Part shown: positions 60,333 to 64,000 of the stretch, one piece after another
Layout of the letters: every line of letters begins with the position of its first letter
Numbering within the stretch: position 1 is the first letter of the stretch
The notes under the pieces: model-generated
Databases searched by the model: none
What the model saw: the letters and a program-made list of their open reading frames with translations, nothing else
What the model was told of the DNA's origin: nothing
Position numbers and translations under genes: made by a program
DNA from: Oikopleura dioica
Lineage: Eukaryota > Animalia > Chordata
Reading direction: 5' to 3'
Assembly: GCA_907165135.1 (NCBI GenBank)
Contig: OU015569.1
Coordinates: forward strand, 12,648,001 to 12,712,000
Length of the DNA stretch: 64,000 nt

Positions 60333-62517
60333 TCAGGGCATCCAAGAAAGCTTTGCTCCGAAATGCTCTTCAAAGTTCTGTTTAGAATTTTCGAAATTTC
60401 AAATTAGCATAATCCAGCAGAAATGCGATGAGTTAATATTTTATTATTCAAGAATTTATTTTAGAAATTTTTTTCAAAAACTCGGCATCCTTTGCACAAA
60501 ACTTGACTCGTGGCCTGGAAGATTTTTAATGGAAACTTTCCATTGGAAAGGCTTAGACGCGGCTTTTTATCAAAGATCTTCCAGACCCTGACTCAGGTTT
60601 TCTGCAAAAGTTTCCGTGCTCACCAAAGGTCGGGCTTACTGAAAAGTACAAAAATAAAATGTTCTGAGCTCAGGATTCCAGTTTTGATTTAAATAAGATT
60701 CGAAAATCTTTTCTTGGAGAAGGGCTTGTAGAAATTCGTCAGTAATTCCGCGCTTTCCCTGGACATAGATTTCTTGCCAAGTCCAGTAACTCCCTTCGTG
60801 GCTGGCATACAGTCGACTTCGCCGCTAGAATCGTAGCTTGGATACTTGTTCCCGCTTCCGTCTTTCTTGATACAGTAGAATCCGTCTTCTCGCTGCTTGA
60901 ATCGCTCCTTGGTGAAATACTTGTCCAGTCCCATCACGCTCGTCGCCTTGTCCAGTCCGATCCAGGGCGCCGTCTTCAGCTCGTTTCCGTCGATGAGGAT
61001 GAATTTCGGTCCAAAAAGGCGATCGAGCTCGAAAATGTCCGAAAACATTCCTCTGATGAACATGTACTTTTTCGGGAATTCAAACTTTGAATTTCAAAGT
61101 ACTCAAAATTGATTTCTCGGTAAAATAATTCATTAATTATCAATAATTATCATAAAGTAATCGAAAACAATTGAAATCCGCTCGTAAAGAGGAAACTGCT
61201 TCCATTTCTCCGGCTTTCCAGTTTCGAAAATCTCAATCGCCTTTGGAAGATGAGTTTTCACCATTTCGTCAAAGGTCAAATTCGCGAAGGGAAACAAGAA
61301 GGAGTCCTTTTCGAGCCACTCGACGCTTCCGTGCCCGTCGGTCACGTGGACAAAGTCCGACAAAAGCCGCTTCACTGGATCGCAAATCACCGATATCACG
61401 TAGACCTCGCTAAATTAAATTAATCAAATTATTCTAAAAATATTCTACCTTGGCCACTTATCAAGCGGCGGCTGGATTTGGTGCAGAAATGGGACTTGTT
61501 CCGCGGCGGGCTTTTCGTACTCTTTTTTGACTTTTTGAAGAAAGTCCTTGATTCTCATTCCAGCTACGCCTAGCCTGGGCTCGGCTACCTGTGTAGAAAA
61601 CCTGAGTCAGGGTTCTGAAAGATGATTTACGTTCCAATCTATTTTTGGATTCTAAATCTTCGTCTTTTTGAAAAAGCTGCATTGTCAAATTTCATTATAG
61701 ATCCTTCAGGACCCTGACTCAAGATTTCTGCACAGGTTGCCGAGCCCAGCGCCTAGCTGAGACTTTGTCACTCGAATCTGTCGCCTAGAGAGATCCTCGC
61801 CGGAGTCAGCCCACTTGAATTTGCCGAGATAACCGGCCAGTTCAGCTCTTTGCGGGGCGCAGAATAATATAATAAATATGATTTCCTTATTTTTTGAACC
61901 CTGCCGTGAAATTTTTATTGCCGCGCAACTGGAGCTCGCTGTTTCTGCCGATTATATCTGGGTGGTGGAGGAGAAAGAATTGGAGCGCCTTATTCTGAGC
62001 TCGGAAACCTGTGTGGAAAACCTGACTCAGGGTCATGAAAAAGTTTTATTGAAAAGTCGCTTAGCGCTTTTTTTAAAAACGAAGCTGCGATGCGGCTTTC
62101 TCAGAATTATTTGGCTATTCAGTAAAGGCTCTACTGTAGAGTTCTTTCAGGTCCCGTGACTTTTCTACACAGGTTGCCGAACCCAGGACTTGGTGCCGCA
62201 TTTTTTCTCGCCAGAAATGATCAAATCCGGGAGTCTCAGATTTCCGCGTTTTTGAAAGTTGGCAACGTCGCGCTCGTCTTCTTCGTCTTTGATCGCGTAT
62301 CTTAGTTTCAGCAATTAAAAATCAAGAAATGCTAAATTTACTTTTTCTTCTTGGAGGCGATCATTTTCCGCAAAAACTCTTTTTCAACTTGCGTCTCTTT
62401 TTTGAGCATTTCCGAGCTGATCTCTTCCTTGATCGCGCGCCATTCGTAAATCGACCTTATTTTCAACAAAACGCCAAAAAACGCAAACGCGGTGATCCAA
62501 CTCTTTTTAAATCGCAT
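60333..62517 (-). CDS. Heparan sulfate 3-O-sulfotransferase-like type II membrane protein (possibly defective)
   Basis: N-terminal TM; RLPDLIISGEKKCGTKAL (PAPS loop); VICDPVKRLLSDF; ILIDGNEL; GFYC; LTNFYKPF. Two MITEs lie in coding context and there is an apparent frame anomaly near 61787. Confidence 0.8.
61575..61749. mobile_element. hAT MITE family A in the sulfotransferase
   Basis: Exact TSD CGCCTAGC. Confidence 0.95.
61995..62186. mobile_element. hAT MITE family A splitting the PAPS-loop codons
   Basis: Both TIRs present; degenerate TSD, 5 of 8 positions match (ACCAAGTC/AATAAGGC on the minus strand). Confidence 0.9.
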
Positions 62518-62783
62518 TTTCTCCTCCAACATAAAATTTATCCGCCAGACTTGAGGGTTAGGAACGACCTTTAAACAACCGGCCCGCAAGTGAAATTTCA
62601 TATTCATTCCGCCAACAATCACAAAAGAAAAAAAAAACAAACTTTTTGAGAAAGTTTTTTTTTAATTAGCAATTGTTACTATACTAGACAAAGAGACTTT
62701 TGAGGGTACATTTTTAAAGAGTCCTTTATTGATAAGCTTTGAGCCGCAAGTAGAAAAGTACAAAAAGAGCATTCCAAGATAAC

Positions 62784-63967
62784 TTAATTCAAACCGACTT
62801 TTCGCGGTGTCGGACAGCGCTTCGTTTGCCTCCTTCCAGGGTTTCGATCGCGGCAGCCTTCGTCAACGTAAGCTCTTCCACCTATGCACTTTCTGTTTCT
62901 CCAAATGTTTCTGCCTCCATTTTCCTAAGAATATTTCCATTAATCTTTTTTGATTTCAAAGCGCTGCTTACCGCAACGCAAGCCCTGTTCCAAGCACTCC
63001 ACTCGCTCCAAAACGGTCCAGAGCCGCATTTTTGAGTTTCTGTTACTGGCTCGCCGTCGTATTCCATCCTTGATTTTAGATTTATGCGGTTTTTCAATTA
63101 AGCTCTTCAAAGCCTGACTCAGGGTTTCTACACGGGGTAGCGTCTAGATTCTAGAACCGACAAAAAAATTCGACAAATATTGCGTGGGCGGCTACAAGTC
63201 TGCTGATTTGCCGGTTTGCCGAATTCAGGCTTCTGATTGGTTGAAAATTTCAACACAAAATTTGTCGAAATTTTTTTGTCGGTTTCAGACACCTCCCCTT
63301 CTACATAGGTTGCCAAGCCCAGGTTTTTACTCAGGGTCTGACTCAGGTTCAGAACTTGACCCAGAGCCTGACTCAGGGTTTCTACACCGTTTGCCGAGCC
63401 CAGTGTCTGGTCCTACCTGCAGAACTTGTTCTTGATGCTGCCTCTTTTGCAACAAGTTGGGCTTCTCTGCTTTGTCCCGTCTGTGCAATATCTGTAGCGA
63501 GTCCGCGTTTGTCCAGTGAATCCGTCGCAAGAGGCCTTGTCCCAGTTCGACCAGGGTCCGTAATAAGGAGCTTTTTTCTCCGCGATTCGTTTCTCGCAAA
63601 ATTTGCCTTGGAAAGGATCTTTGCAGATGCAGGAAGGAGTGGTTTGGCACTTAACAGGAAGTTACAGTCAGCTCTAACGGCGAGATCTTACTTCGTCAGC
63701 GTAGCACTGCGCACATTGGCCGCCATTTTTGCAGGGGCAGTTGAAAGTGGCGCAGTTTGTGCCGCTAAAGTACTTTTTGCATTTACACTTGAAGAAGGGC
63801 GCTCTATCGATGCTGCTGCAGCCCTCGGCGTTTCCTCCCACAGTCCCTTTCTCGTTGCACGGCGAGTCTCGATAGCACCTGTCGCTGTAATCTGCTCCGT
63901 TCGGGCAATCGCCGCAAGTTCGACGACACTGAGTTTGGGCTCTCAAACCTGTTCGAATATCAATCAA
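62784..63967 (-). CDS. EGF- and thrombospondin type 1-repeat extracellular protein (3' part; continues off window)
   Basis: CKCKKYFSGTNC, CPCKNGGQC, WSNW..RTRYRYC, WSEWSAWNRAC..WRNRKC; GT-AG introns; stop at 62784-62786. Confidence 0.85.
63134..63298. mobile_element. MITE family C nested in a family A TIR
   Basis: Duplicates TTCTACA(C/T) of the host TIR. Confidence 0.8.
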
Positions 63968-64000
63968 AATAAATTATTCCTCAGCAAAAAGAATTTCCGA

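Noticed and set aside
51735-63967. Operon of the consecutive minus-strand host genes
   Set aside because: Gaps of 270-550 bp leave room for promoters; no direct evidence.
1-64000. tRNA, rRNA, 5S or SL RNA genes
   Set aside because: None recognised by eye; a covariance-model search would be needed.

Overview
Eukaryotic, AT-rich genomic DNA with very short introns (39-56 nt), some GA/GC splice donors and tightly packed genes. This fits a larvacean tunicate (Oikopleura-like); the assignment is an inference. Host genes: GINS1/PSF1, a rhotekin-like gene, an HS3ST-like sulfotransferase, an EGF/TSP1 gene, a large secreted CUB/Cys-rich protein, a small single-pass membrane protein, a TE-disrupted kinase fused to a papain-like domain, a protein carrying only the LSM11 N-terminal motif, a spliced 55-aa putatively acylated microprotein, and several unknowns. 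DNA transposons are dense: about 40 copies or remnants of one hAT MITE, two ~940-bp fully palindromic foldback elements, and piggyBac-like and MULE-like MITEs. The main finding is an apparently intact 5.6-kb hAT transposon (22088-27720) with three co-directional genes: two unknown ORFs followed by the transposase. They are spaced like an operon, and each ATG has an AG acceptor just upstream, suggesting a polycistronic, SL-trans-spliced transposon. A second highlight is two hAT MITE copies inside the sulfotransferase coding sequence that could be spliced out precisely (introner-like). All gene models were built by eye and lack transcript support.
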